A stretch of DNA of 64,000 bases from Promethearchaeota archaeon (GCA_019057795.1 JAHLWS010000070.1:96001-160000); one strand, 5' to 3'; positions 1 to 9,173 are shown, counted from the first letter of the stretch. A program made the numbers and translations. The notes: generated by a model from the sequence alone, not told the origin.

Positions 1-542
1 CTATCGATTGCTTGTAAAAATGATATAACCGCGCGTTTAATTTCACCAACTTCATGAATATTTGATCTTTCAGAACCAATAGAATCAATTTCATCGAAAA
101 ATAATATAAAAGCACCTCTTTCATTCGCGATTTCAGCTGCTAAATCCACAACATTTCTAATTTGTTTAATTGTATCTCCTAATAATGGTGATACCAATCT
201 ATCAGTTTCTACTACACATATTGGAATTTCATAATGCTTTGCAAATCCTCTCGTAAGGGAAGTTTTACCTGTGCCCGGAGGCCCATATAAAAGAACTGTT
301 AAACTGGGATTAAGTTTTGCTCCTTTTAACTGTTCCATAAATTCATTATATTTTTTTAAAGCTTTGAAAAAATCATGTAATATTTCTTTTTTAACCTCGT
401 TTCCTAAAATATCGTCAATATTATCTTGAATATCGAAAGGAAAATACACTGCTCCATATTTACCTATCCTATTTTTAATTACTTCGTCGGTATATGTTTT
501 TATTACTTCCACTTCTTCATTTGAATTGCTAATTTTTCTCAT
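1..542 (-). CDS. AAA+ ATPase, COG1223/IetA-like; runs off the window edge
   Basis: Manual translation from ATG at 542: MRKISNSNEE...LLYGPPGTGKT (Walker A)...FILFFDEIDS (Walker B)...EVGEIKRAVISFLQAID. Absent from the ORF track because there is no stop in the window. Confidence 0.9.
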   Translation of the reverse strand, partial: MRKISNSNEEVEVIKTYTDEVIKNRIGKYGAVYFPFDIQDNIDDILGNEVKKEILHDFFKALKKYNEFMEQLKGAKLNPSLTVLLYGPPGTGKTSLTRGFAKHYEIPICVVETDRLVSPLLGDTIKQIRNVVDLAAEIANERGAFILFFDEIDSIGSERSNIHEVGEIKRAVISFLQAID

Positions 543-558
543 CTCATTTTATTGTAAT

Positions 559-1875
559 TTATTTATTTTTTCTTTCTTTATCAAATTTTTCACAATAATC
601 TGCTATTTCATTAATAAATTCTTTAAGATTATCAATTTGAGAACCAATAAAGTTAAAAATTTCTTTTCTATATTGAGGGGAATCTCTTATCTTTAGTTTA
701 TCTAAACCTAAATAATTAGGAAAACATATAAGCTTCATTAAATAAGGTAGTACTTTCTCATTTGTTTGTAAATCTTTGAATATTGGATAAAAAATATTTT
801 GATCAGATAATTTCCATTTTAAAATTCCCATGTAAATTAGAAAGGCAAAATTCATTGAAATCCAATTTATAAATTCTTTTGATAAAAATCCTCTTCTTTG
901 TGAAGCTAACGCTAAATAATACAAAATTAATGTTTCATTGCTCAATTGTGGTAATAATCTTATTTTTCCATCGGATTGCTTATTCTCACGTATGAAATTA
1001 TTTTCTAACATTATATCTACTAAATCTTCTTTTGGTGCTAGGAAGATTTCGTCAATAACACGGAGTCCAATGCGTTCGGCAATTTTATTTATAGCTTCTT
1101 CCTCGGCATTAGCGATAGAATCAATATATGGGTTAAAAACTTCAGTCTTTAAAATCATGGGAAGTTCTTGATTCCGTCTTTCAGAGAATTCTCCAAAATT
1201 TGGATCCAAATTGTAAAGAGAAGTTATATTGTTGATTAACTGATAAACTTTTGGAGACATACCCGGAATTTCAAAAAAATCTGATCTTTCTAATTTTTCC
1301 CTGTAATAAGTATGTGGTTGGAGCATATGTCGTTGGCACTCATAAAAATCCGAAGAGTATTCAAGTAATTTATTATAAATAATTTTTATATTTCTTCCTC
1401 GCGAAAATAATCTTTCTTCTATAAACTTCGTTAAAACATATAAAAATGTTTTTTCTAAACTTGATTCGTCTGGATTGGTAATATGTCGTAAAACATTCAA
1501 TGCACCAATGGATTCGTACAAAAATTCAATAATATAATCTTTTATATCAATTATTGGAATGGTTTCCCGATACTTCAATATAAAATCTTTAATTATATCA
1601 TAAATATTTGATCTATACATCGTATAAAATTCTGATAACGCTCTTACTTTTCGGATATTTCTTTTTTCTTCTTCTTGGCGAATTTTATCCAGGATTTCAA
1701 TATCTAGTAGTAGGTCAGCGTCTAATTCGATAATTTTTCTCCTTGTTTCTCGAAGAATTGGGGCCATATGACTTATAAAAGTTAAATATCTAGGTAGAAT
1801 GTCAGTCCACTTCTCCCTTTTTCTACCTGATTTTACCATTCTAGTAGATTTTTTTTTGTAACTCATAGTTTTCAC
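559..1875 (-). CDS. Hypothetical protein (438 aa), mostly helical
   Basis: Long ORF in a tight co-oriented operon; no recognisable motif. Confidence 0.8.
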   Translation of the reverse strand: MKTMSYKKKSTRMVKSGRKREKWTDILPRYLTFISHMAPILRETRRKIIELDADLLLDIEILDKIRQEEEKRNIRKVRALSEFYTMYRSNIYDIIKDFILKYRETIPIIDIKDYIIEFLYESIGALNVLRHITNPDESSLEKTFLYVLTKFIEERLFSRGRNIKIIYNKLLEYSSDFYECQRHMLQPHTYYREKLERSDFFEIPGMSPKVYQLINNITSLYNLDPNFGEFSERRNQELPMILKTEVFNPYIDSIANAEEEAINKIAERIGLRVIDEIFLAPKEDLVDIMLENNFIRENKQSDGKIRLLPQLSNETLILYYLALASQRRGFLSKEFINWISMNFAFLIYMGILKWKLSDQNIFYPIFKDLQTNEKVLPYLMKLICFPNYLGLDKLKIRDSPQYRKEIFNFIGSQIDNLKEFINEIADYCEKFDKERKNK

Positions 1876-1892
1876 TCTTTTTATTAACTATA

Positions 1893-3041
1893 TTAACTTT
1901 CGTCGTATCCTACTACTATTTCTGTGAATATATTAGCGATCTCCACGAAAATTGGTATTTCTACGCGCACCAACTCTCCGAGAATCCACTTGTTTACATC
2001 TTTCAACAAGAAACGTATTTGATTTGTTATTTTTTTATTAATTTCAGAGTCTATTATTTTGGTTAACCATAGACCCCCTCCTAACCTATAAGCAATAATT
2101 TTTATTAATGGTTCAAAAAGAGGTTCTAAGACTTGTCTCATCATCCACGATTTTGGAATGACACTCATATTATCTGCGTCAAAATTAGGATCGTTGAGAA
2201 TTGGGTTTGTCTCATCAACAGATAATTTTGGCATAAAACTTAATAATAGAATTAAGGCAAATATAGCAGAGATGCCGTTTATTGTATAAGAGCCCCCAAT
2301 CTTCTCAATATCGTCTCTATTTATTGAAACATTAGCTAAAAACATACATATAAAAACATTTCTGTCGAAGGCATCAGACACATAGGTATAACCTAATTCC
2401 TCATTAATTATTAAATATTTTTCTTCAAGGATTTCAATAATATCATCGGGAAATGTGTAAAAAGTGTAAACTTTCTCTTCACTTTTTCTAACATCCTTTT
2501 TTACAACTAACTCTTTTGAAACCAAACCAAACATTTTAACCAGTTCTTCAAGTTGGTTTTTTATATAATGACGAGGTTTATTCGGATCGCCAAACATGGC
2601 ATAAAATTGATGATCTATAATATGAAAATCATTTCTTTTACTAAAGGCTTCTACCATCCTATTTATTATGGGTCCTTGTGTTCCTGAAGCGATTGCTTTC
2701 GCTTTTGATGTTACAAATCCATTTAATAATTCATTTATAATAAAATCTTGTTCATGAGTTCTAGATGATAATATTTTATCAAAAGCTTCAGAAAAGTTTT
2801 TTGTATTTGGAAAAAATGCGTTTTGAATTTTTTCATTTATAGATTTTAAAAAAATATCACCATTATTCTTTGGAAAGTGGAGCTTCATATTATTCAGTCT
2901 TTGTACTAGAGCTTCTTTTGCTCCTGGGATGTTTTCCGCATCTCTTTTTTCCAATTCATCGACTGCTTTTTCTAACCCTTTTTTAAATTGCTGAAGTAAT
3001 TCTTTCCATGTAGGATCTTGAATTTCTGCCATTATTTTCAC
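1893..3041 (-). CDS. Hypothetical protein (382 aa), possible winged-helix segment
   Basis: Long ORF, 17 bp from the next gene. Confidence 0.8.
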   Translation of the reverse strand: MKIMAEIQDPTWKELLQQFKKGLEKAVDELEKRDAENIPGAKEALVQRLNNMKLHFPKNNGDIFLKSINEKIQNAFFPNTKNFSEAFDKILSSRTHEQDFIINELLNGFVTSKAKAIASGTQGPIINRMVEAFSKRNDFHIIDHQFYAMFGDPNKPRHYIKNQLEELVKMFGLVSKELVVKKDVRKSEEKVYTFYTFPDDIIEILEEKYLIINEELGYTYVSDAFDRNVFICMFLANVSINRDDIEKIGGSYTINGISAIFALILLLSFMPKLSVDETNPILNDPNFDADNMSVIPKSWMMRQVLEPLFEPLIKIIAYRLGGGLWLTKIIDSEINKKITNQIRFLLKDVNKWILGELVRVEIPIFVEIANIFTEIVVGYDES

Positions 3042-3065
3042 TATAGATTATAATTATTTTATTAT

Positions 3066-4019
3066 TTACCAATTTAATTCGGCTACTATTTTCTTTAAGG
3101 CATCAACTAATGGATTTATAAGCTTTTTATCATAAAGGTTCGGAGAACTTACTCCTCTTTGGGCTTTCCAACCCATTTGTGTTCCTTCCCCCATTTCTCT
3201 TCTTCCATATTTTAAAATATTGCTTAGGTCTCGCATCCACCAATAAAATCTTAACCATTTTTTATTTGGATTATCTTTAGAATGAATAACTGCCAAAGCT
3301 TTCCATTCTCCCATTAGCCACTTTACTGTAATACCACTTACAGGCAAATAATAATTTATGGGAAAATTAGCTTGAAAACTTAAATCAAGATCTTTAGAAA
3401 TTATATTAAAGATTGGCTGGTTAAACCCTTCTAATACGACGATTTCACCACAATATTGGCATTCATAATAAGATTTCATTTTTTTCATTTTTTTTTGACA
3501 TTTTGGGCATGTCCGGTTTTCAATAATTCTATATTTGATAATGTCTAAGTTTTTTTCTTTTTCTAAGGTTTCTTTTGTTTTAGGTTCTCGTTTTCCGTAC
3601 TTCCCCTTCCAAGTCCATATCTCATCGAATGAGTCATTAATTTGTTCTAATGCGATAATAACATTTTTCAGAACATCTTTATCATAAATCTTAAACATCC
3701 CTGCATGTTGATAACTTTTCCACCAAGAAAGTCTTACATATTTCTCATTCTTTAAGTAAGCACTATGACAAATCAAGACAGCGAATAAACGGGTATCACT
3801 CTTATTGAGGATAATCCCTGACTCCGCAACCTCATAAGCTTTATTAAGCGAAACGTTTTTGTGAAACCAATCTCCATCTAAAAAATTTCCTATTAGGGAT
3901 TCTTCTTCTTTTTTTTCTACCTCTATACTCTTTTCCTTAATTATTTTCTTACATTGTGGGCATTGAAAAATCCCTGTAATTAGGGGTTCCATTTCAACAT
4001 TACATGCAGAACATTTCAT
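3066..4019 (-). CDS. Double zinc-ribbon protein with an internally duplicated beta/alpha domain
   Basis: CSAC..CPQC and CPKC..CQYC, each followed by a similar KYVRLSWW / KWLRFYWW ... YDK..L..L unit. Confidence 0.8.
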   Translation of the reverse strand: MKCSACNVEMEPLITGIFQCPQCKKIIKEKSIEVEKKEEESLIGNFLDGDWFHKNVSLNKAYEVAESGIILNKSDTRLFAVLICHSAYLKNEKYVRLSWWKSYQHAGMFKIYDKDVLKNVIIALEQINDSFDEIWTWKGKYGKREPKTKETLEKEKNLDIIKYRIIENRTCPKCQKKMKKMKSYYECQYCGEIVVLEGFNQPIFNIISKDLDLSFQANFPINYYLPVSGITVKWLMGEWKALAVIHSKDNPNKKWLRFYWWMRDLSNILKYGRREMGEGTQMGWKAQRGVSSPNLYDKKLINPLVDALKKIVAELNW

Positions 4020-4021
4020 AT

Positions 4022-5122
4022 TTATTCATCATTACGGGTTATAATATACCTTTCATAATCTAAATTTAATAATTTTAATTCTTTCTTTGTAAATCTTGTA
4101 ATCTTACTATCAATTTTTACCAAATCTTCTCTAAGATCGATTAAAGCGTTTTGAATACTATTTACAATGTCATCTTCGTTAAAAGACACTTTCTCGATGA
4201 ATTCAAGATAATTGTACTTTTTACCTTTTCCTGAATAATATAGCTTAATTTCTAATAATTTAGACTCAATTTGTTTCATATGGAATCTATAGTTTAATAA
4301 AGATAATAAATTAGAATTCCAATTTTTAAAGATTGGATTTTCTTTATCAATTCCATCGTAATTAAATTTATCTGGAAGCTCTACTTTTTCATCTTTAAGA
4401 AATTGGATTATGTCTTTATTTTCTTTAACAGCTTTATTTATTTTTTTTAAAACGTTTTTATTTTTCAATTTAGAGTCAAAAATTTCAATAAATTCATCAA
4501 TTTTGTCCTTTATCTCCAAAAATCTTTGGTAAAACCCTTCAATTGTAATCTCAATTTTGATAGCTTGAAAAATATTTCCATACTGGTCTAAAATATAATA
4601 AAGATCATCTGATATTCTAAAATCATGGGCCCCTATTTCAAAAACAAATGGGTGGATAATGTTACCTGTTTCGCATCTAACTCCTTTTAATTTATTTAAA
4701 GCCAGATTAAAATTCCGCCTAGTTAGAAACTTAAATTTTTTATTTATTAGTAAAAATAATGTATGATCTGGCACTGAAATTGTATTATTTTCTATCGTTA
4801 CTGTCTCTTCTCCTAACCGGATTATAAAATCACCGTCTTTTTGTTCAAATTCTCTTACACTTCGTATATTTTTAATTAAACCTAAATCAATAGCAATTTC
4901 AATAAATTCTTTATTCCAAAAGCTTAAAATATTATCTTTATATATCTCATCTAATATTAGGACCCTCTCATATGATTTTATAAGTTCTTGATTACTTAAA
5001 TCCTTGAATAAATCATTTCTGATGACATATAAAAACAAAATGATATATCTCATATCAATGTCGTCAAGAACTGTTTCTATCAAGTTTTTATCGTAATCCA
5101 TCGACAAACTCGTATGTTCCAT
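4022..5122 (-). CDS. Hypothetical protein (366 aa), C-terminal coiled coil
   Basis: First gene of the operon, 2 bp from the next gene. Confidence 0.8.
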   Translation of the reverse strand: MEHTSLSMDYDKNLIETVLDDIDMRYIILFLYVIRNDLFKDLSNQELIKSYERVLILDEIYKDNILSFWNKEFIEIAIDLGLIKNIRSVREFEQKDGDFIIRLGEETVTIENNTISVPDHTLFLLINKKFKFLTRRNFNLALNKLKGVRCETGNIIHPFVFEIGAHDFRISDDLYYILDQYGNIFQAIKIEITIEGFYQRFLEIKDKIDEFIEIFDSKLKNKNVLKKINKAVKENKDIIQFLKDEKVELPDKFNYDGIDKENPIFKNWNSNLLSLLNYRFHMKQIESKLLEIKLYYSGKGKKYNYLEFIEKVSFNEDDIVNSIQNALIDLREDLVKIDSKITRFTKKELKLLNLDYERYIITRNDE

Positions 5123-5317
5123 GCCTAAAATCCACTTGCTATATTTAAAATGAATAAATTATTTCAGTTAAAAAGAGTAATTAAATAAATTAAACATCCC
5201 TAAAAAATTTTTCGATTTCCGTCATTCTACGCATTGAAAAAGCTAAAATTTTTTAGTTTTAATCTCTTTTTACTTAATAATTAAGAAACTTAATATTTAT
5301 TAATTAGATGGTTTTTT

Positions 5318-5931
5318 ATGGGAAGAAGAAAAAGAAAGCAACAATCTTATAAAAGAGTCAAAACAGTCCCCAAAATTTTTACTTGCCCAAACAGGTAATT
5401 ATGGTTTTCCCATTTACCTTGGATTGTGGGGAAAAAGCAATAAAAGTAGAAAATTTACGAAAAAGTGTTATAGCTACGGTGAAATGTGGTCATTGTGGTT
5501 TAACAAAGGAAGTTCTGGTTAATTCCATATCAGAACCTGTTGATGCTTTTGGAGATTTTATCGATGTTCATTATGCTGATCAAGAACTTCAGAGATTAGA
5601 AAAGCGTATTGGAAAATTAATAAAAGAAAACGAATGGGGAGAACTAGCATTCTCATACTCAATTTTATCGGATATTTGTAAACTTAAAGTTGCTCAAGCT
5701 TTAGAAGACGAAGATAAAGTAGATTTTGATGAGGTAAATAAATGGAAATTTAAAGCTGAAGAATATAAAAGGCGTGAAAAAGATGCTCTACTTCAATTAG
5801 ACACACTTGAATTGGAAAAAGGAATTAGAACAGACGAAGAATCTTTATTTTCAGAGCATGATGAGAGTGATATGAAAAAAGAAAAGAAAATTGAAGATAT
5901 CTTTGACGATCCTGGTTTTCTTGAATTTTAA
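5318..5931 (+). CDS. elf1: Transcription elongation factor Elf1, spliced: join(5318..5392,5425..5931), 193 aa with acidic C-terminal extension
   Basis: Exon 1 MGRRKRKQQSYKRVKTVPKIFTCPN plus exon 2 CGEKAIKV...ATVKCGHCG...SEPVDAFGDFID gives the Elf1 basic N-terminus, the C4 zinc ribbon and an EPVD.Y..FID-like motif. Confidence 0.9.
5393..5424 (+). other. 32-nt bulge-helix-bulge intron in the elf1 mRNA
   Basis: Central helix CCAA(5387-90)/TTGG(5419-22); 3-nt bulges ACA and ATT; inner helix GGTAA/TTACC plus ATGG/CCAT; outer helix TTTTT.CTTGC/GTGGG.AAAAA. Removal restores the frame and CPNC. Confidence 0.85.
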
Positions 5932-5985
5932 ATAAACTGATTTCTTTAATTGAGCACTTTGATTTAAATGTAACAACTCTTTATT

Positions 5986-7716
5986 TCATTTATTTAGGAT
6001 ATGGGATTTAACATTAAGCGGAATATGTTTCCAAATAGGAAGATTTAAGATTAAATTGAAAAAGCGAATTCGATTCAATTTTTTTTTTAAAATAAAGTAA
6101 CTCCAGTTGTAAAATGCTAATTTATTAAAGAGATTCATTAGGTTCACACCAAATAGATTATATCTTGAAGTTAGAAAACTTGCTAAATATGCACCTAATC
6201 GTTTAGTTCGTGGGATTGATTCAGGATATACTGATTCTGATAGAGGTCTATTGAAAATTTCATAAATTGAAAAAATGGGTATAAGAATATCTAAATATTC
6301 ATTTACAATTCTATTGTAATCTGAACTCTCTAACGATAAAGCAGAAAGCTCATTTAATTTTTTTAAGGCAAGATTAAGTTGTTGTTCCTTAAAATAAAAC
6401 CACATAGTTCCCATAGTATCTCTTAATTTCACCAACTCGTCAATAATTTCCTTTTCTTTAAAAGAAAATGAGTTTTTTTTCTCGAAATGTGTTATATAAA
6501 GTAAAAATATTGAGTAAATAGGGGTATTATCAAATTCAGTTAAATTTTTATTTTCCTTGACCTCTTGGAGATCAATTTCTTTATTTGATATATTAAGGAT
6601 AGTATGAGTATATAATGGTGTTGTCCATAACATTCTCAAAATTTTTTCCATAAGTCGAATATGGAGCGTATATTCTTCAATTTTTGAAAATTTTTGAGAT
6701 CGTTTCAAACTAGGAATCGAAAAGGTTTTAGATTGATCGATTCTAAATTTAAATCTATCGATTCTTTTTAATTTATTAATTAATTCTTTTCTTTGTTTTT
6801 TATTTATGAAAATCTTTTCAATTAGCAACTTCTTTATTGATATTAACTCCTTTATGTAGGTATAGAAATCTACATTGTATTTTTTTACAATATAATCGTG
6901 CGTTATTAAAGGAATGCTTATAGTTTGTTTTTGGGTTTTAGTCTCAATACTCATTGCATGGTCCCCTATAGTATATGAAAATGTAATTCTTTCAAGAGTT
7001 TCTTCTAAACTAGAATATACACCTAACTTTTTTGGATCATGGGTGAAATAACCGTGCAAGAGAGTATCGATTCCTTTAAACTTATTATTTTCATATTCTG
7101 AAATTATAACAGATTCAAATTCACCCGGATGATGTCTTTTAATACCGTACCGTTTACCCACAAGAAAGATTGCTTGATTAGCTCTATGACATACAGTATG
7201 AGACCACCTAAACAATGGTTCTAATATTTTTCCAATTGTTAATAAATATCCATAAAATTCTGGTCCAAAATAGATAGGGAATCCAAAACCTCGAGATGTT
7301 GAAAATGTAAATTGGAAAACATTCCTTGTTTTCTCACCTTTTAAAAATCCGGGAAATTTATAGTGTAAAGCTAACCTGGGATAAAGTGCTCCCAAACCCA
7401 AATTCATCCACATTTCAAATAGAATTATGCTGTCAGGAAATTTAAATGAATCTTTTTTGATTAAGAAATCGTCTCTTGATGTGTTTGACGCAGTTGGAAT
7501 AGCATAGAGCCAATCTTTATTGCTTTCTAAAGGTTTTAGCCGGTTTTTATACCTTTTTACCAACAATCGTTTTTTCTGGTTTTGTACTATAGCTTTTTTA
7601 TAATAATAATTATTCAGAACTCTAAAAAGTGAAGTAATTTCTAGTATTTGTCTTTGAAGATCATGAGCTACTTTTACTCGAATAATTCCTGAATTCTTAT
7701 TTGAGGATTGCTGCAC
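5986..7716 (-). CDS. Hypothetical protein (576 aa)
   Basis: Long ORF with no recognised motif; GTG start. Confidence 0.75.
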   Translation of the reverse strand: MQQSSNKNSGIIRVKVAHDLQRQILEITSLFRVLNNYYYKKAIVQNQKKRLLVKRYKNRLKPLESNKDWLYAIPTASNTSRDDFLIKKDSFKFPDSIILFEMWMNLGLGALYPRLALHYKFPGFLKGEKTRNVFQFTFSTSRGFGFPIYFGPEFYGYLLTIGKILEPLFRWSHTVCHRANQAIFLVGKRYGIKRHHPGEFESVIISEYENNKFKGIDTLLHGYFTHDPKKLGVYSSLEETLERITFSYTIGDHAMSIETKTQKQTISIPLITHDYIVKKYNVDFYTYIKELISIKKLLIEKIFINKKQRKELINKLKRIDRFKFRIDQSKTFSIPSLKRSQKFSKIEEYTLHIRLMEKILRMLWTTPLYTHTILNISNKEIDLQEVKENKNLTEFDNTPIYSIFLLYITHFEKKNSFSFKEKEIIDELVKLRDTMGTMWFYFKEQQLNLALKKLNELSALSLESSDYNRIVNEYLDILIPIFSIYEIFNRPLSESVYPESIPRTKRLGAYLASFLTSRYNLFGVNLMNLFNKLAFYNWSYFILKKKLNRIRFFNLILNLPIWKHIPLNVKSHILNK

Positions 7717-7889
7717 TGAATTAACCGAATTAAAAACAATTAATTTCTTACTTTGATATATTTGTTTATCAATTTTAATTTTAATTGATTTTAACTATTC
7801 TTATATTAATTATTAAAAAGTGAAAGTGAGATGTTTTTTTAATCCATATTTCCAAGTAAATTAAATGGATTTAAAGTTAAAATTGATTT

Positions 7890-8312
7890 TCAACTGGTCT
7901 TTCTTTTAGCGAATAAGGATTTTAACTCACCCATAATAGCCCCTCTTAAACTTACAGGGCTGGCTGGACGAGGTCCGCCAGGTCCGCCAGGTCCGTCAGG
8001 TCCTCCAGGTGGCCCTCCAGGTGGCCCTCCAGGCGGTGGTGGGGCGCTACTTGGAGCTGTAGGTGCTGCAATGACAGGAGCTGCCCCAGTTCCTCTCGTT
8101 CTAAGTGCCGAAACATCATTATTTATAGAATTGATTTGCGATTCTAATGTTGAAATTCTTTGACCAACAACCGCTAAAGATTGATCTACTAAATCTGGTA
8201 TTCTTAGAATCATTGACATCATTTTTTCAACAACATCGCCAAATGTATTTAACTTTTCTTCAAGAGGGGCTTTTCTTGTTTCTTGCATGAAATTTGCGAA
8301 TTCTTCGGCCAT
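7890..8312 (-). CDS. Coiled-coil + poly-proline + C-terminal amphipathic/basic helix protein (candidate actin regulator)
   Basis: Heptad region, then APPPPGGPPGGPPGGP, then RGAIMGELKSLFAKRK. The ORF is solid; the function is inferred. Confidence 0.75.
   Translation of the reverse strand: MAEEFANFMQETRKAPLEEKLNTFGDVVEKMMSMILRIPDLVDQSLAVVGQRISTLESQINSINNDVSALRTRGTGAAPVIAAPTAPSSAPPPPGGPPGGPPGGPDGPGGPGGPRPASPVSLRGAIMGELKSLFAKRKTS
7972..8044 (-). repeat. GC-rich 9-12 bp coding tandem repeat (Pro/Gly)
   Basis: ggtccgcca and ggtggccctcca units on the + strand encode PPGG/GPG repeats. Confidence 0.8.
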
Positions 8313-8455
8313 TTTAATCTCTCTAATTTTATTAATAACGAACTTTCTTGTTAATTTTCTAGTAATAATATATTTGAACTATTTAATAAATTTAAGCTCA
8401 TACAAATTATAACTTAATTTAAAAAAAAATTATAAAAAAATATAAGGTTTTTTAC

Positions 8456-9088
8456 TTAACTAGCCTTGTTGACGGAGTTTTTTAAATTAACCCAGAGATC
8501 ATCCACTTCATTCCTAACTTGTAAAAATTGATTAATTTTTTTTAATAGTACATCCCTTGCACGATCAAAATCTCTTTGGGAGTCATTCAATTCAGATTCC
8601 AATATTTTTATCTTTTCTCCTTCGATCAAATCGTTTTTCTTTTTTTCGACAGATAACGCTTTTTTAATAACAACGCTTCTTTTACTGGCTACTTCGGCCA
8701 ACGCTGTAGCAAATTCATATTTTTTTTCTACTAAATAATCTTTTTTTACTGCGAGGTCTTTAATCGAATCTATGTACTTGTTATTTATTTCGATATATTC
8801 ATCATTTTTATGGATGATTTCCTGAAAATATTTTACCTCCTCGTCTTTGATATTTGATCTTCTCTCTCTTACTAGCGTTTGCATTTGCTTTAATACATCT
8901 CTAAACATCCTATTGACCATATCTCGTGTAAGATTTACTTTTCTCAAGTTATCAGCGTATTTTTTTTGAGAATCGATTAATGTAGTCTGATTTTTCGCTA
9001 ATTTTTTTATTTGGCTTACTAATTCTTTTTCCATGCTTGCTAATTCAAGCTCATCTTCATGTGTTATAATTGGGCTCATTTCAATCAA
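8456..9088 (-). CDS. All-helical coiled-coil protein, BAR-domain-like
   Basis: About 205 aa, almost no Pro or Gly, three long helices; alternative ATG at 9079. The fold is inferred. Confidence 0.65.
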   Translation of the reverse strand: MIEMSPIITHEDELELASMEKELVSQIKKLAKNQTTLIDSQKKYADNLRKVNLTRDMVNRMFRDVLKQMQTLVRERRSNIKDEEVKYFQEIIHKNDEYIEINNKYIDSIKDLAVKKDYLVEKKYEFATALAEVASKRSVVIKKALSVEKKKNDLIEGEKIKILESELNDSQRDFDRARDVLLKKINQFLQVRNEVDDLWVNLKNSVNKAS

Positions 9089-9173
9089 ATCAAAATAGTA
9101 TTGATTTATAATAAATTACGATATAATTCTTATGTAAATTCATTATTTTAATTTTTAGTCTTTTTATTTCTTA

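Noticed and set aside
5392-5426. Spliceosomal-looking donor CAG|GTAAT plus a pyrimidine tract in the elf1 intron
   Set aside because: There is no AG acceptor at a frame-restoring position, and BHB geometry predicts the exact junction. Treated as coincidence.
5383-5931. ORF-track protein starting MPKQVIMVFPFTLD
   Set aside because: The TTG start reads through the intron and lacks the first Cys and the basic N-terminus of Elf1; the spliced model explains the locus better.
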